Part shown: positions 38,328 to 53,500 of the stretch, piece by piece
How the letters are laid out: the number at the start of each line of letters is the position of its first letter
Numbering within the stretch: the stretch's first letter is position 1
Source: Tubulanus polymorphus
Lineage: Eukaryota; Animalia; Nemertea
DNA length: 64,000 bases
Assembly (NCBI RefSeq): GCF_964204645.1
Contig: NC_134030.1
Coordinates: forward strand, 13,944,656-14,008,655
Direction: 5' to 3'
Translations under genes and position numbers: made by a program
The notes under the pieces: generated by a model
Database searches by the model: none
Told to the model about the DNA's origin: nothing
What the model saw: the letters and a program-made list of their open reading frames with translations, nothing else

Positions 38328-39054
38328 GAGCATACACGTTAGACTCATTTTTATACGTATCTGTCCTGCAGGGTGTATGTGTTGTCTGTTCTAGTGTATT
38401 TCGAAGATTCAAATATATCTATGATATGATGTAATTGTAAATTTTCATGATTATATGATTGTAATTTTTCATGGATTTCATGCGACTGTTTGGGCTTAGT
38501 AATACATCATACTAACACTACCCATGTTTTAATTCGATATCCGGCCCCATCTCAAGTAGGTGTCTCAGAAATAGAATGCATGTACCATCAATGTATATGG
38601 AGAATTATCTGCGAAAGCGTAGTCCAGTATCCGCTATTCTTAAGATACTTCAGAATAAAATTGCGTATGGTTCATAAAGATGTATTTTTGATTAAATTCA
38701 TTATGAGAAAGTTCTATGAAGCGGTTGTTAAAGAAGTTGTCTAATGGAAAAGTCACATATCTCTCATCCTCGCATACCTGGGGTCCGGTATCGCTCCACA
38801 AACTCGTTTCTACCAGCCCCCTGGCCTCATGACGCGTGATTTCATTACTGGCTGAAATACCTCCTTGTACGCTGATTAGTCCATTTAACGGGAATACACC
38901 AGAAGTCTATAATGTCGTTTGCTTCAAGCGCTGTGATTGGAACAGCGGATTCTGGTCGGCTAGTAACGACTCCAACGACTCGTGAGGTCAAGGGGTTCGG
39001 GGAACACGGCTTTAGCTTAGTGAATTCGATTCCCACGACAGGTGAAGATGCATA

Positions 39055-39230
39055 CATTGGAACCTCGTTACAACGAACTTCTGGGGACCAGAAAAGTTTG
39101 TTCGTTTTAACCGATATTTCGTCATATCCTGTGTGAAATCAATCGAATTGTCTGATGTGGGACACAATTTTGTATATGTTATATCCGAAGAATCGTTGTA
39201 TCCCAGTTAGTTATAACGAGGTTCCACATG
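39055..39230. mobile_element. Tc1/mariner (pogo/Tigger-like) MITE
   Basis: TIR CATTGGAACCTCGTTACAAC / GTTATAACGAGGTTCCACATG, flanked by TA. Confidence 0.7.
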
Positions 39231-39928
39231 TATCTCTATATGAAAAAGCAATTTTGACAGTTTATAATTCAATCGTGTTCGAATACGTGCCAATGACACT
39301 TTCGGACTACGTAATCATTTGCAGCTCATTGAAAGTGAGACACCATGAAAGAACGAAAACGCAACGAAGTGAAGATATTTGAATATTTCAATCGAAATAT
39401 CAAAGTTTCTCTTAAAAGCCTTAAAACATTATCCACGACTTAATACAATATATCAATATATACTTAAAGATGATTGTCTTACAATTTCGAGACAAAACAT
39501 AACTTGACAGTAGAAAAGTGGCGGCCCCAAATCCCCCTGTTTTCAATACAAACAAAAAACGTATTTGGTCATGATTGATGCCCTGATTTGAAACGACATA
39601 TATAAGGAGCAAGTTTAACAGCTCTCGGTAAGGTTTGACTCGAGAGTTAAGTCGGTTTATTTTCAATATTTCCAATGTTTTAACTCGAGAGTCAAACTTA
39701 ACCGAGAACTGTAGAACCTGGTCTAAATGCACTGCATAAATAATTACTTCTATAGTTAATAAGATCGTCACTAAGTAATTCTATGAAAAAAGAAACGACA
39801 TCAGGGCTGGCAATATTAGAAATAAACACAGCACTTTTGGCCTGAACAAAAGAACTTAAACACGTTTTGATAAAACTTTGAACATATGGAACTTACGTGG
39901 ATTACGTCATTTCGTTTCTAGAATAATG

Positions 39929-40075
39929 TTATGCGACGTCCATAACCAAAACATTGCTCTGCAGAATATTATCGAATTCCTGTTTCAGTTCGACGTTTTC
40001 GTCATATGTTTCTGGTAACTCCAATATCTGGGCACATGTTCGAGCAACTGGAGCTCGTTGGAGACCTTCTACCTT
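39929..40075 (-). pseudogene. HECT-domain-like C-terminal fragment
   Basis: KVEGLQRAPVARTCAQILELPETYDENVELKQEFDNILQSNVLVMDVA*; resembles the P.AHTC...L.LP.Y catalytic lobe. Confidence 0.65.
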
Positions 40076-40431
40076 AGTATAATAACGCTTTAGATTTATA
40101 ACATAACGCTTTAGGACTTAGACGGGGAATCTAGTCAGACGGTAGTCGCACAGCCTGGGATCCTGGTTTCGTCCTCCTTTTACCTGCAACGTCCTGTAAT
40201 GTCCAAGAAGACCAAAAACACGACGATATATAATAGTCGTTCTTTATTATTGAGAGTCCAAAACCAGAATGAATATTATAGTCTTATTATGTCGATTACA
40301 AATATTATTTATAAGATAATGGCCCACATGATATAGGTTTCAAAACAAAAACTAATCTGCCTAAAAGATATACACTGTACTACTAGTTTAGTACAAATAT
40401 TGCTTAACTCAAGTTATACGGTTTGCTTACC

Positions 40432-40960
40432 TGTAATGTCCAAGAAGACCAAAAACACGATGATATATAATAGTCGTTCTTTATTATTGAGAGTCCAAAA
40501 CCAGAATGATCCAAAACGGTCTATGCTGGACCTTCTCGGTTTTGGCTCCGCCTTCTTGGACCAGGCAAACGATTGGTGGGTAGAAACCAAGCTACAGTGG
40601 TGTTTACATAGGTGAAAGTTTGCCTAATAGTTTGGTCCACTAATGGACTGATTTTTGTTTGAAGTAGTTTCCTTTAACTCTAATAAAAACACACTCGAGT
40701 CAGATGTCACTTTCTATCGGAGTTGTATTGTAAACAAAGACGAGTCAGCTCTGCTTGAGTATGACTGTTTTGATTTACTAAATAGTTGATATTCAAAAAG
40801 TCAGATAATATGAAATTGAATATGATGTATGAAATGGTTATTTCATACTGATAAAAGTGATGCCCAATATGTGATATAAATCTTCAATAAAACAGGAGAA
40901 ATCGTAAATAATAATTTAGTGTTGTTACATCCTCCCCCACTACGTTCAGCAGGCTTTCGT
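40432..40960 (-). mobile_element. Gypsy-type 3' LTR (40432-40929) with polypurine tract
   Basis: TGTAA...TTACA ends; PPT GGGGGAGGA adjacent on the minus strand; GCTTTCG...CGAAAGC hairpin; AATAAA near the LTR end. Confidence 0.75.
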
Positions 40961-41406
40961 CCCCGAAAGCAAAAAGAGAATCCAAACCATCTAAAAGAGC
41001 ACCAAGAATTATATCACATAAAGGAATACGCTTACAAAGTCAAAAAGTACATCAGATAAAAAAATAAACAAATACGTTAAATGTAAAGCTATGTAGATAC
41101 CTCATGCTCAGGAAAATACAAGTATTCGAGAAAAATATACATGTATGTTATAAGTAAAGGGCAAAATCATGATATACCTAAATGATAATAACTCGATACA
41201 ATGCAATACACTAAAATTATAATACTTAGGTATTGTGAACATCTACTTAGGTCAATGCAATAGATAATACATGATAAGACAAGATGAACGGAAAATAAGT
41301 AGATATCTGATATGATAAGCATATTATGATATAATATTAATAATTAATAATATGATTGAATGAATAATAAGGCTCTAGATTGCTACACATCCCAATCCCA
41401 ATAATG

Positions 41407-41449
41407 ATATATATACACCGGTCATGCATATATATATATACACCGGTCA

Positions 41450-41487
<38 letters not shown>
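41407..41487. repeat. (TA)n microsatellite with duplicated ATATATACACCGGTCATGC
   Basis: Directly visible. Confidence 0.85.
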
Positions 41488-41492
<5 letters not shown>

Positions 41493-43448
41493 ACATTACC
41501 CGAGATACGCGCCTGCATCTTAAAACCGACATAGGGGGTTTTGATTTGAGGCCCAGTTATGCGTCGTATACATATATATACATATATGACGCATTCTCGA
41601 ATATGACCCATTTCAAAATGGCGCAAGGATATCACCATCACTGACGCGGAGGGCTATACTTGAAGATCGCATCAGTATTCATTTCCGACAAGATTTAACA
41701 GAAATTAGCCAAAATTCAGTACAATGATAATAATAAATTATTTTTTCATTTTACTACATTACAAAATTATTTTCACAATCAAAATATGTTTTATTTATCG
41801 GTTTTATGTGTTTTTAAAGAAGACTTCGAGATTTTCGTGGTGGTTTAAATTGAGGGCCCGACTGTCTCTGTGATCAGTGAAGCAAGGGCTTTATGCTTGA
41901 CATTCACGGTCTTGTTAGTTAACCGAAGTAATAGTAGACATTTCCGATTGAATCACACGTAGACGTAGCGCATTCGTCTAGATAATATTGGCTTGTGCGA
42001 TAAGTGATGTTGTAACATATTCAACGAAAACATTCTACATGATCTACTCAAAAGAAGACTTCAATCCATTCGGAATACGCAGATGTACCAGCATACACGT
42101 GAAAACGAATACGAAAGAAAGTATGATAATTATTTCTGCACTTCGATTTCATAGACATGGACATCTTTTATGTACTTGCATTTCCGATTTCAAAATTCAA
42201 ATCCCTTGTTTATCTTCGTGTAGTGGATATCAAAAGGGATGCAGCCAATACATGAACCACCTGTTCTATTTCATATTTTCAGCTTCATGATATTTTGATC
42301 TTAAAATTGGGATTCATCCTGTTATTCATTTGATTGGTAGATATCATTTGATTTGTTGGATTTGGTGTCCCTTACAAACCTACCAAGGTTTGATTTTGAT
42401 ATCGGTTGTTGTGTGATTGTGTCGGGCAATTTTGAGATTGAAAGTTGATTAACTATATATTTATCTCACGCCTATACGGCCTACCAAGGTTGAACTCAAG
42501 CGTTAGTCGAAAACTCACGCCCCCATGTACTTTACGGTAAATGATCGCAAAAAAGTTCCGTCATGTTTGGAAACAGGTATCATTTCTAGCCTAAAATAAG
42601 ACATGAATCATAAAATGTGGCCAACATGTGGTGTACTGCAGAATAGCATGATTATTGCTTCTTTTGCTCTACATATTCCTTATAACAAATGTTCTTCTAG
42701 TAAAACAATACAACTAAAACAGGTATGCAGATCTTCCTGCTCAATTATAATTGTTCACAGACCTAAGTTTGTCCATTTGAAAAAAAAAAAATAGAATATT
42801 TATGCTTAAATTGAATATCTTCAAAAGCGAAAATCCATTGATGATTATAGGACTCCTGAACTGACCCACAGTCAAGTATATATGTATATATATATTTAAA
42901 TATATATATGAGCTCGAATAATGTACAGAAATCATGTCAGTTCACTCAAGGTGAATACCGGTATACACAATGATTCCTAGAACATAATTATCCATTTGAG
43001 TGCAACACTTTTTCACAAGAATTTCTCCAAAAATTAAAGAAAATCCATTTGGGTAAAAAAACCAATGGCTCCTAGTATATAATGACGCACGGAAACATAT
43101 CTGTTCATGCTCAAAAATGTATAAATAGGTAGATCTATCCTCAGAACCGGAATCTCTCGTCGAAGTTAACTGAAAAACAAGTTTGAGACCTAACTGTTCG
43201 CCAATATACAACTTCTAATTATAATAATTAATGGGTCCTTAGGTAGAGTAAGTATAACTCGATCAGCGATAGATTCATAAAGGAATTTCTTTACGGTAGG
43301 AAATGAAAATGTTTTATGAGAGCCAGCGTCGTTTATCTATCACGTGATCTAACACGTGTCTTATCACTTGTTGAACTCCGCCCACTGAGTAACCTCGTGG
43401 CGATTAAGTCCGTCTGAGTTTCCTAGACGCATACGTTTTATTTCAATC

Positions 43449-43663
43449 GTGGCAGTTAGAATTGTGGTCCTCGATCATTCGTTTATACACAGGCTAATAG
43501 TACTAATCCTTTCCTAATTAAGGATTCGAATCCAATCGCGTTGACATACAGTTCTTGGTTTTCGTGGCGCAACTATTTTGCCCGGTCGATCATCCATTCA
43601 AGAGATGTCTGCCATCTGACATCGATTATGATGTGGCTTTTATTCATATTGGCTGTAACGGCA
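43449..43663 (+). pseudogene. SGNH-hydrolase-like remnant, possibly from a DIRS/Ngaro or LINE element
   Basis: VRIVVLDHSFIHRL, LGFRGATI and YDVAFIHIGCN resemble SGNH blocks I-III; broken by stops and a frameshift. Confidence 0.45.
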
Positions 43664-46600
43664 AACCTAGTTCGGTGTTTTATTCTCACGGAGCAAGGGG
43701 TATCATAAATGTATGTTTGTTTTAAGTTTGTGAAAGGCCGATTTACATATAAATTTCATTCTAAAAAAAGTACAATTGGATAATAATAATCGGCCATAAT
43801 CCATCACAATAACGACGGATCGTTCTGAGCAGGTATATTAGGTATTTGATCAACCTGAACTAAAGTCTGATTTCCAGCAGATGCAATTTACCGACAAAAT
43901 CGGCAATCCCCAAGGATGGTGTTAAATCGATGTATGACTGTATGTTAATTTGATATGAGTATATAATAAATGACTCTCACAATCAAATGACTCGTTGTAT
44001 AACTAATATGTATATACATACATTTTTACCCCAACGTCAGCCAATTTTGAAATGAGTATCTTATTATTCAAAGCCTATTCAAGATGAGTATATCAAATAA
44101 CTGATCACATAGGATGACTCGTGATCTAGTATGAGTACACTAAATAAGTACACTTAACTCGTACTACACTGACTCCTAACATTGAATGACTCGTTGTATA
44201 TGTAACAGGCCTACTTATACATATTTTCCCCAAAAACCAACATAAACCTAATTGGATTGAGTATATAACGTATAAAACGACTCAGGATCACTCGTCGTAT
44301 ATCTACTACATATATTTCTCCCATATTCATCATTGGCAAACTTGACCCACGTTCATCCATGGATGTATAAACTAGCGGGGTCGACCTTTACGCTCAGCAA
44401 ACGGAAAAACAAGGTATCACCTTTTTAGCCCAAGGTGAGCCAATTGATGAGTAGATTTAATGAATCTTCGCACAGGGTGACTGGTATACCTACTATATAT
44501 AAATCTCCCCGAGCCCGCGTCAGTCTATTTGAAATGTATCTATATCAATTTGAAGTGTCTATATCTAAACTATAAGAGACAAACAGCGAAACATTGTCAC
44601 GGGTTGACGTCGTCTGTGCGCTTTGGTTGGTGAAGGACCGGTGTTAAAATATCCATGAAATACCCGACAATGTGTTATCCAGTTTCTCCCGTGCAGTACA
44701 GGGGTTCACAAAATATCTTAGGAAAATGGACTCAAATGTTTTTCCAATTAATTAATTCGATTTAAAAGAAACATAAAAAGTAAATTCATCCAAATCAAGT
44801 GAAATCTTCAAATCAAATAAATGGGACCATATTTTATAGCAAAATAATCAACTTAACTCAATCATGATATAACACAGGACGGGTACATAGCTTGGCCGCG
44901 TGTATGTCTAGGGTAGCATTTTGCCGATACGATAATAGATATATTTATTGACCGCATAAAATGACTGCGTTTTGTCACTACGCGCAAGCTGATTAAAAAA
45001 CATTTACAGAAAGATTTGGTGAGCGCCGGCTGTTGCTTGGTTACAGTATAGTGTGCTTGACCAGACACAGGGTGGTGACCCAAAGTCACCTCGTGCCAGT
45101 CACACAGACCAGGACTGAAATTGGTAAATCTCTGACCGCTTGGTTTAAACAGTGATTTTATTATCTACACATTACTATATATAATATAATAGATAAAATG
45201 ATAAAGTATGGTGTTTGGCGGGCAACGAAAGACCAATGAGATTACTAGAATGAAATGTACATACTCATATGTAGTATGAGTATGACTCTTTGCAATATGT
45301 CTGGCCGGCACAAGCTCGCAATATCAGATAAATATGGTATATCACGAGAGTATGCGCGACACTGACTAAGAATATAATGGGGATTACTGTATCTATCTTC
45401 GCACTGTTGAAATGAGTATTAAATGACTCCTAGCATAGATATACTCCTTGTATTTTACTTTAAATTGTGGCTAACACGTATCGTCAGCCAATTTAAGGCA
45501 TATTAAATGGCTTATAGTTTAGAATGACTCTACCCCAGCGTATTTGGTATGAGTACCGGTATTTAAGATGGGTAGGATAGGACGACTCATATAGTTCATA
45601 CATATTTTCTCCAACCAACGTCAGCCTGATGGAATCTTCTCAAACATATATTGGTAGTTTCGCTTATGTCACCTGCATCATTCGCTTGAAATCTTTGTCG
45701 GATACTGGAGATTGAGGGTCTCGGATAAGCTCCTTAATAACACATGGTAGTGGGGCCTTAAGTACGGTAACGTCCATAGTATGTTGCCAGAAGTCAGTCA
45801 ATCCTTGCTATACATGCTCATGCTTTACGCTGCTATCAAGTTGAGTATTGGTAGGGAGTGGATAAACTTTGGGATAGATCTGCACACATCCTTTAGGAAA
45901 TCCTTCTACACTGCCTGATGCTTCATTTTAAAATTATTGATCGATAAAACTATTAGATTTATATCACGAGTTATGGTGGAAACAGCATGTTTATTTTCAT
46001 TTATATATAATTAAGTGTACATGTCTTCAAGTACAATTAGAAAAAATATTTTCAATTACAAACATAATATGTGATCGTGTGACTGGTGCAACTTGGTGAT
46101 GGTGCTTTGTTCGATACTCATTGAAAATTCCAACCTATGACCTCATATTTCGCGAGCATATGAGATCCTTCGATTACCATTTGTCTTAAAATCTTACCGT
46201 TCAGAGTATGCATACAGAAGCTAGTTATATTTATTTAACTTTGACAAACACATAAGTCAGAGTGGAGTCAGTAACTCAAATGTTCGAGAAAGATAAATGG
46301 CAGACAGATACCGTAGTAACAATGAACTTTCAATTGTTACCGTGTCAACTATCTACTGGTTTGCCAGCTTTTGAACCAACTTTTGATTAACTGACCCCAG
46401 ATTACAAAGTACATTAATTCTGATTATATATTTTAAACACATTACACAGGTGGTCCAACTTAACCCTTGTGATAATCTATAAAATATTATTAACCATTAT
46501 CTCTTAACTTCTTCAGAATTACAGAGAAAATAGCAGAATAAACTACTTAAAATTACAGTCATAATTTCCGCAATAATAAATGGGTTCAAGTCTTTGTGTA

Positions 46601-47521
46601 AGTGTATTCATCCAAAAGAGATACATTCATGAAAGGTATATAGTATGAAAAACAAGGGGTCCAGACACTGCCCAATCAAGAAGATTCCAATTGCAATCTG
46701 ACAATTTTATATGCAACACCCCAGATGAACATACACTGAACTAATCTTTTGCCACTGTAAACCACCAAACATTTAACACAATATGGTAAAATTGTTTAAC
46801 CGCAAAACAACTAAACATTAAAGGAATTATGAATGAACAATCTTAAAGTGAGTAAATTAGCTATATGACATAATCACAACATGATCAACAGTCCGAGTGT
46901 ATCAAAACAAATGACATTCTGCATGATAATGGACAACATTCTATAGGTTGTGTAAACAGAATAGAAGTTGGACAAAGTAGCCTCTGCTCGATATAATTTC
47001 AAAAAGGTCCATAAAACGCGTTTCTTCGGTTTTGCTCCATCACTTCTTCCCTAGAAAAAAAATATGATAATTTCAAATATGAGTATGACAAAATAAAGCC
47101 CATTCAATTTTAATACGCATTGTACTTTTCCAAAGAAAAACAATTTTCTGATGTAGCAGCACACATCTGGGAGTCGTATTCAAATGTTTCGATATCGGCA
47201 ATAATTGAAGGAATGAACAACAATATGTTGATTTTAGGGATTATCAGGATGATCACCATGTGAATCATTCAATAGTACAGTCATTTTCATGTACTCCTCC
47301 CAAATGTACAACTCAAATAGACTGAGGTTGTAATTTAAGAAATTAAACTTATATAGGAATACTGTATATATTGAGAATAATTCTATAGTAAGGGTCATTT
47401 TATACACTCATTTCAAATGGAATGAATTTAGGTTTATGGAAAGTAATACACGTAAAAACTAAACCGTGAAGTAGGGATCAGTTCTATAGTAAGGGTCATT
47501 TTTATATGTTTTATATACTAC

Positions 47522-50500
47522 GTGAAGTAGGGGTCAGTTGATTAATAATCATCTCAAAAGGACTGGCTTGGTTTTAAATAGTAATATTCATGTAGAAATA
47601 CTACACTTGGAATTATTTTATAGTAGGGGTCATTTTTATATACAATGTATACTCATACCAACTTTGGTTTTTGAAGAGTAATATTTCTATAGGAATACTT
47701 TACTACCAGTCGTTCTACATTAAGATACATATTTATATAGAAATATTGTGAATCATTATACGGAAGGGTTTATGTGTAGAAACAAAAGCCAGTGAATATT
47801 ACCATTTTGTGACTTAAAATCACCTGCTTAGCCCAGGCTCATGATAGCTGGTGAATCGGTGACAATCTTCTGGTCAAAAATGGGAAGTAGTACTAAAATG
47901 GTCGATATCCAATTGGTAAATAAAATGAGGGCTCAATAAGGATACTGTAATGACTTACCAATTTCTTTACTGACACTTTTTACTTCAAATTTACATCTCG
48001 AAAATTAAGGCAAATCCTTAGTCCAAACTATTCGTTTCGATCTCCTCCTTGATGTTCACTTTAAAAATAACCAAATTCCAGATTAGGCACAGGCCTAAAT
48101 GATAAGAATTTACAAAGAAAATAACAAAATTGCATAGACTGGGGCATCAATATCCTAAATATAAAATGGACTGAATTTGCTGCTTGAAGATCCCTATTTA
48201 TATAGAAATACTATATTTACATTTATTCTATACAAGGTGTCACCTTTATGTGCTCATCACAAACAGACTGACTTAGGTATTTTAAGATACCATGGCACGC
48301 TTTATTGTGAATTATTCTAGACGGAGGTTGTTTTTCTGCAATCATCTCCTTTGAGATGACTGGTTCTCGAAGATTTATGTTTAACACTATTCTCTGGATC
48401 ATATTATTCTAAGGGTCATTTTTATGTAATCATCTCGATTAAACTGACTGTGGTTTTTGGAAATAACATATATTGAGAATGACTATTCTGCGAGTCATTC
48501 CACACAATGTGTCGTTGCATATTCTTCTCAAATAAAGTGACTCCGGTTATGGTAATTAATATTTGCACACCTTTACTGAGATTCAATCTATCGTAGGAGC
48601 CATTTTTATACTCATCTGAAATAGACTGACTTTGATTTTGAAGATAAATATTTATACACTATTCTGAAATTAATTCTATGGTAGAACACATCCTTATACT
48701 TATCTCAAATAGACTGACTTTGGTTTTTGGTGATTAATATTCGCACACTTTACTGAGATTCAATCTACAGGAGGAGTAGTTTTTATATTCATCTCAAATA
48801 GACTGTTTTCTTTGAAGATTGTAACTTATACACTATAATTGAATTCATTCTATGGAAGGACACATTCTTATACAACTTATCTTCTTATACTTATCTCAAA
48901 TAGGTCTAGATTGACTTTGGTTTTTGATTATCAATATTTATACACTACAGCTACAGTTTAACTCAAATAGACTGGTTTTTTATGATTAATATTTATACAG
49001 AAGGAAAAAAGACTTAATCTATAGTAGGAGTCGTTTTTACACTTATTTCAAATAGACTGACTTTGGTTTTAAAGATAAATATTTATACGCTATACTGAAA
49101 TTAATTAATTCTATGGTTGGACACATTCTTATACTAATCTCAAATAGACTGTTTTTTTTTTTAAGATTATAACTAATACACTATAATTGAATCCATTCCA
49201 TGGTAGGACACATTCTTATACTTATATAAAAAAGGCCTAGATTGACTTTGGTTTTTGATGATCCATATTTATACACTATCAAAAGACTAAATCTATAGTA
49301 GGAGTCGTTTCTATACATATCTCAACTAGACTGAGTTTGGTATTTTATAGTTAATATTTATACACTATGAAAAAGGTCATTTTATATACTCATCTCAAAT
49401 GGTCTGAATTTGGTTTTTGGAGAGTAAAACATGACACACTATACTGTGAAGTAGGGGTCAGTTGATTAATAATCATCGCAAAAGGACTGACTTGGTTCTA
49501 AATAGTAATATTCATGTAGAAATACTACACTTGGAATTATTTTATAGTAGGGGTCATTTTTATATACAATGTATACTCATACCAACTTTGGTTTTTGAAG
49601 AGTAATATTTCTATAGGAATACTTTACTGCCAGTCGTTCTACATTAAGATACATAATTTATATAGAAATATTGTGAATCATTATACGGAAGGGTTTATGT
49701 GTAGAAACAAAAGCCAGGGAATATGACCGTTTTATGACTTAAAATCACCTGCTTAGCCCAGGCTCATGATAGCTGGTGAATCGGTGACAATCTTCTGGTC
49801 AAAAATGGGAAGTAGTACTAAAATGGTCGATATCCAATTGGTCAAAAAAACCGAGGGCTCAATAAGGATACTGTAATGACTTACCAATTTTTTTACTGAC
49901 ACCTTTTACTTCAAATTTACATCTTGAAAATAAAGACAAATCCTTTGCGCAAACTATTCGTTTCGATCTCCTCCTTGTTGTTCACTCTGAAAATAACCAA
50001 ATTACTGATTAGGCACAGGCCTAAATGATAAGAATTTACAAAGATAACAAAGAAAATAACAAAATGCATAGACTGGGGCATCAATATCCTAAATATAAAA
50101 TGGACTGAATTTGCTGCTTGAAGATACCTATTTATACAGAAAAACTATATTTACATTTATTCTATAAAAGGTGTCACCTTTATGTACTCATCACAAACAG
50201 ACTGACTTAGGTATTTGAAGATACCATGACACGCTTTATTGTGAATTATTCTAGACGGAGGTTGTTTTTCTACAATCATCTCCTTTGAGATGACTGGTTC
50301 TCGAAGATTTATGTTTAACACTATTCTCTGAATCATATTATTCTAAGGGTCATTTTTATATAATCATCTCGATTAAACTGACTGTGGTTTTTGAAAATAA
50401 CATATATTGAGAATGACTATTCTGCGAGTCATTCTACACAATGTGTCGTTGCATATTCTTCTCAAATAAAGTGACTCCGGTTATGGTAATTAATATTTGC

Positions 50501-53500
50501 ACACTTGACTGAGATTCAATCTATCGTAGGAGCCATTTTTATACTCATCTGAAATAGACTGACTTTGATTTTGAAGATAAATATTTATACACTATTCTGA
50601 AATTAATTCTATGGTAGAACACATCCTTATACTTATCTCAAATAGACTGACTTTGGTTTTTGGTGATTAATATTCGCACACTTTACTGAGATTCAATCTA
50701 CAGGAGGAGTAGTTTTTATATTCATCTCAAATAGACTGTTTTCTTTAAAGATTGTAACTTATACACTATAATTGAATTCATTCTATGGAAGGACACATTC
50801 TTATACAACTTATCTTCTTATACTATCTCAAATAGGTCTAGATTGACTTTGGTTTTTGATGATCAATATTTATACACTACAGCTACAGTTTATCTCAAAT
50901 AGACTGGTTTTTTGGATTAATATTTATACAGTAATACTGTATAGTATTTTTCATACTGTATGAAAAAGACTTAGGAGTCGTTTTAACACTTATCACAAAC
51001 AAACTGACTTAGGTATTTGAAGATACCATGGCACGCTTTATTGTGAATTATTCTAGAAGGAGGTTGTTTTTCTGCAATCATCTCCTTTTAGATGACTGGT
51101 TCTCGAAGATTTATGTTTAACACTATTCTCTGGATCATATTATTCTAAGGGTCATTTTTTTATATAATCATCTCAATTGAACTGAGGTTTTTGGTAATCA
51201 ATATTCACACACTTTACTGAGATTCAATCAATAATTGAATTCATTCTATGCTAGGACACATTCTCATACATATCTCAAATAGGTCTAGATTGACTTCGGT
51301 TTTTGATGATTGATACTTATACAGCATGAAAAAGACTTAATCGATAGGAGTCGTTTTTACATTTATCTCAAATAGACTGACTTTGGTTCTAAAGATAAAT
51401 ATTTATACACAATACTGAAATTAATTAATTCTATGATTGGACACATTCTTATACTAATCTCAAATAGACTGTTTCTTTAAAGATTATAACTTATACACTA
51501 TAATTGAATCCATTCCATGGTAGGACACATTCTTATACTTATCTTATATAGGCCTAAATTGACTTTGGCTTTAGATAATTAATATTTATACACTATAAAA
51601 AAGACTTAATCCATAGTAGGAGTCGTTTCTATACTCAACTCAAATAAACTGACTTTTGTTTTTGATGATTGATATTTATACACAATAAAAAGGCTTAATC
51701 GATAGTAGTAGTCATTTCTATACTCATCTCAAATAAACTGATTTTTGTTTTTGATAACTTATATTTATACACTTTTAAAAAGACTTATAGAAGTAGTCAC
51801 TTCTATAATCATCTCAAATAAACTGACTGGTTATTGATAAATAACGTTTATACACTATAAAAATGGCTTAATGTATAGTAGGAGTCATTTCTATACTCAT
51901 CTCAAATAAACTGACCGTTGGTTTTTGATAACTGATATTTATACACTATAAAAAAGCTCAATCTATAATAGGAGTCGTTTCTATACTCATCTCACATAGA
52001 CTGATTTTCATTTTTGATGACTTAGGCCTAAAGTTATACACTATAAAAAGCTTAATCTATAGTAGGAGTTGTTTCTATACTCATGTCGAATACGCTGATT
52101 TGGTTTTTTATGACAAATAGTTATACACTATAATAAGGCTTAATCTATAGTTGGAGTTGTTTCTATACTCATCTGAAATAAACTGACTTTAGTTTTTGAT
52201 GACTAATAGACACAATAAAGAGGCTTAATCTATAGTAGTAGTTGTTTCTATACTCATCTGAAATAAACTGTCTTTGGTTTTTGATAATTAGTGTTCATTA
52301 ACTATACAAAAGACTTAATCTATGGAAGCAGTCGTTTCTATACTTATCTCAAATAAACTGACTTATGGTTTTTTGATAGACACAATAAAGAGGCTTAATC
52401 TATAGGAGTAGTTGTTTCTATTATCATCTCAAATAAACTGACTGTTGGTTTTCGATAATTAATATTTATATGCTATAAAAAAGCTTAATCTATAGAAAGA
52501 AGCGTTCCTTTACTCATGTCAAATACACTGATTTGGTTATTGATGACAAATAGTTATAAACTATAAAAAGGCTTAATCTATTGAAGAAGTTGTTTCTATA
52601 CATATCTCAAATAAACTGACTGCTGGTTTTGATAACTAATATTTATTCACTATAAAAATGCTTAATCTATAGTAGGAGTCATTTCTATTCTCATCTCAAA
52701 TAGACTGATTTTGGTTTTTGATAATTAATACTTATACACTATTAAAAGACTTAATCTATAGTAGGAGTTGTTTCTATACTCATCTCAAATATACTGACTA
52801 TTGCTTTTATAATTAATACTTATACACTATAAAAAGGCTTAATCTATAGTAGGAGTTGTTTCTAAACATATCTCAAATAAACTGACTACTGGTTTTGATA
52901 ACTAATATTTATACACTTTAAAAAAGCTTAATCTATAGTAAGAGTCGTTTCTATACTCATGTAAAATACACGGATTTGGTTTTTGATGACAAACAGTTAT
53001 ACACTATAAAAAGGCTTAATCTATAGTAGAAGTTGTTTCTATACATATCTCAAATAAACTGACTGCTGGTTTTGATAACTAATATTTATACACTATAAAA
53101 AAGCTTAATCTATAGTAGGAGTCGTTTCTATACTCATCTCAAATAGACTGATTTTGGTTTTTGATAATTAATACTTATACACTATTTCTATACATATCTC
53201 AAATAAACTGACTACTGGTTTTGATAACTAATATTTATACACTTAAAAAAAGCTTAATCTATAGTAAGAGTCGTTTCTATACTCATGTAAAATACACGGA
53301 TTGGTTTTTGATGACAAACAGTTATACACTATAAAAAGGCTTAATCTATAGTAGAAGTTGTTTCTATACATATCTCAAATAAACTGACTGCTGGTTTTGA
53401 TAACTAATATTTATACACTATAAAAAAGCTTAATCTATAGTAGGAGTCGTTTCTATACTCATCTCAAATAGACTGATTTTGGTTTTTGATAATTAATACT

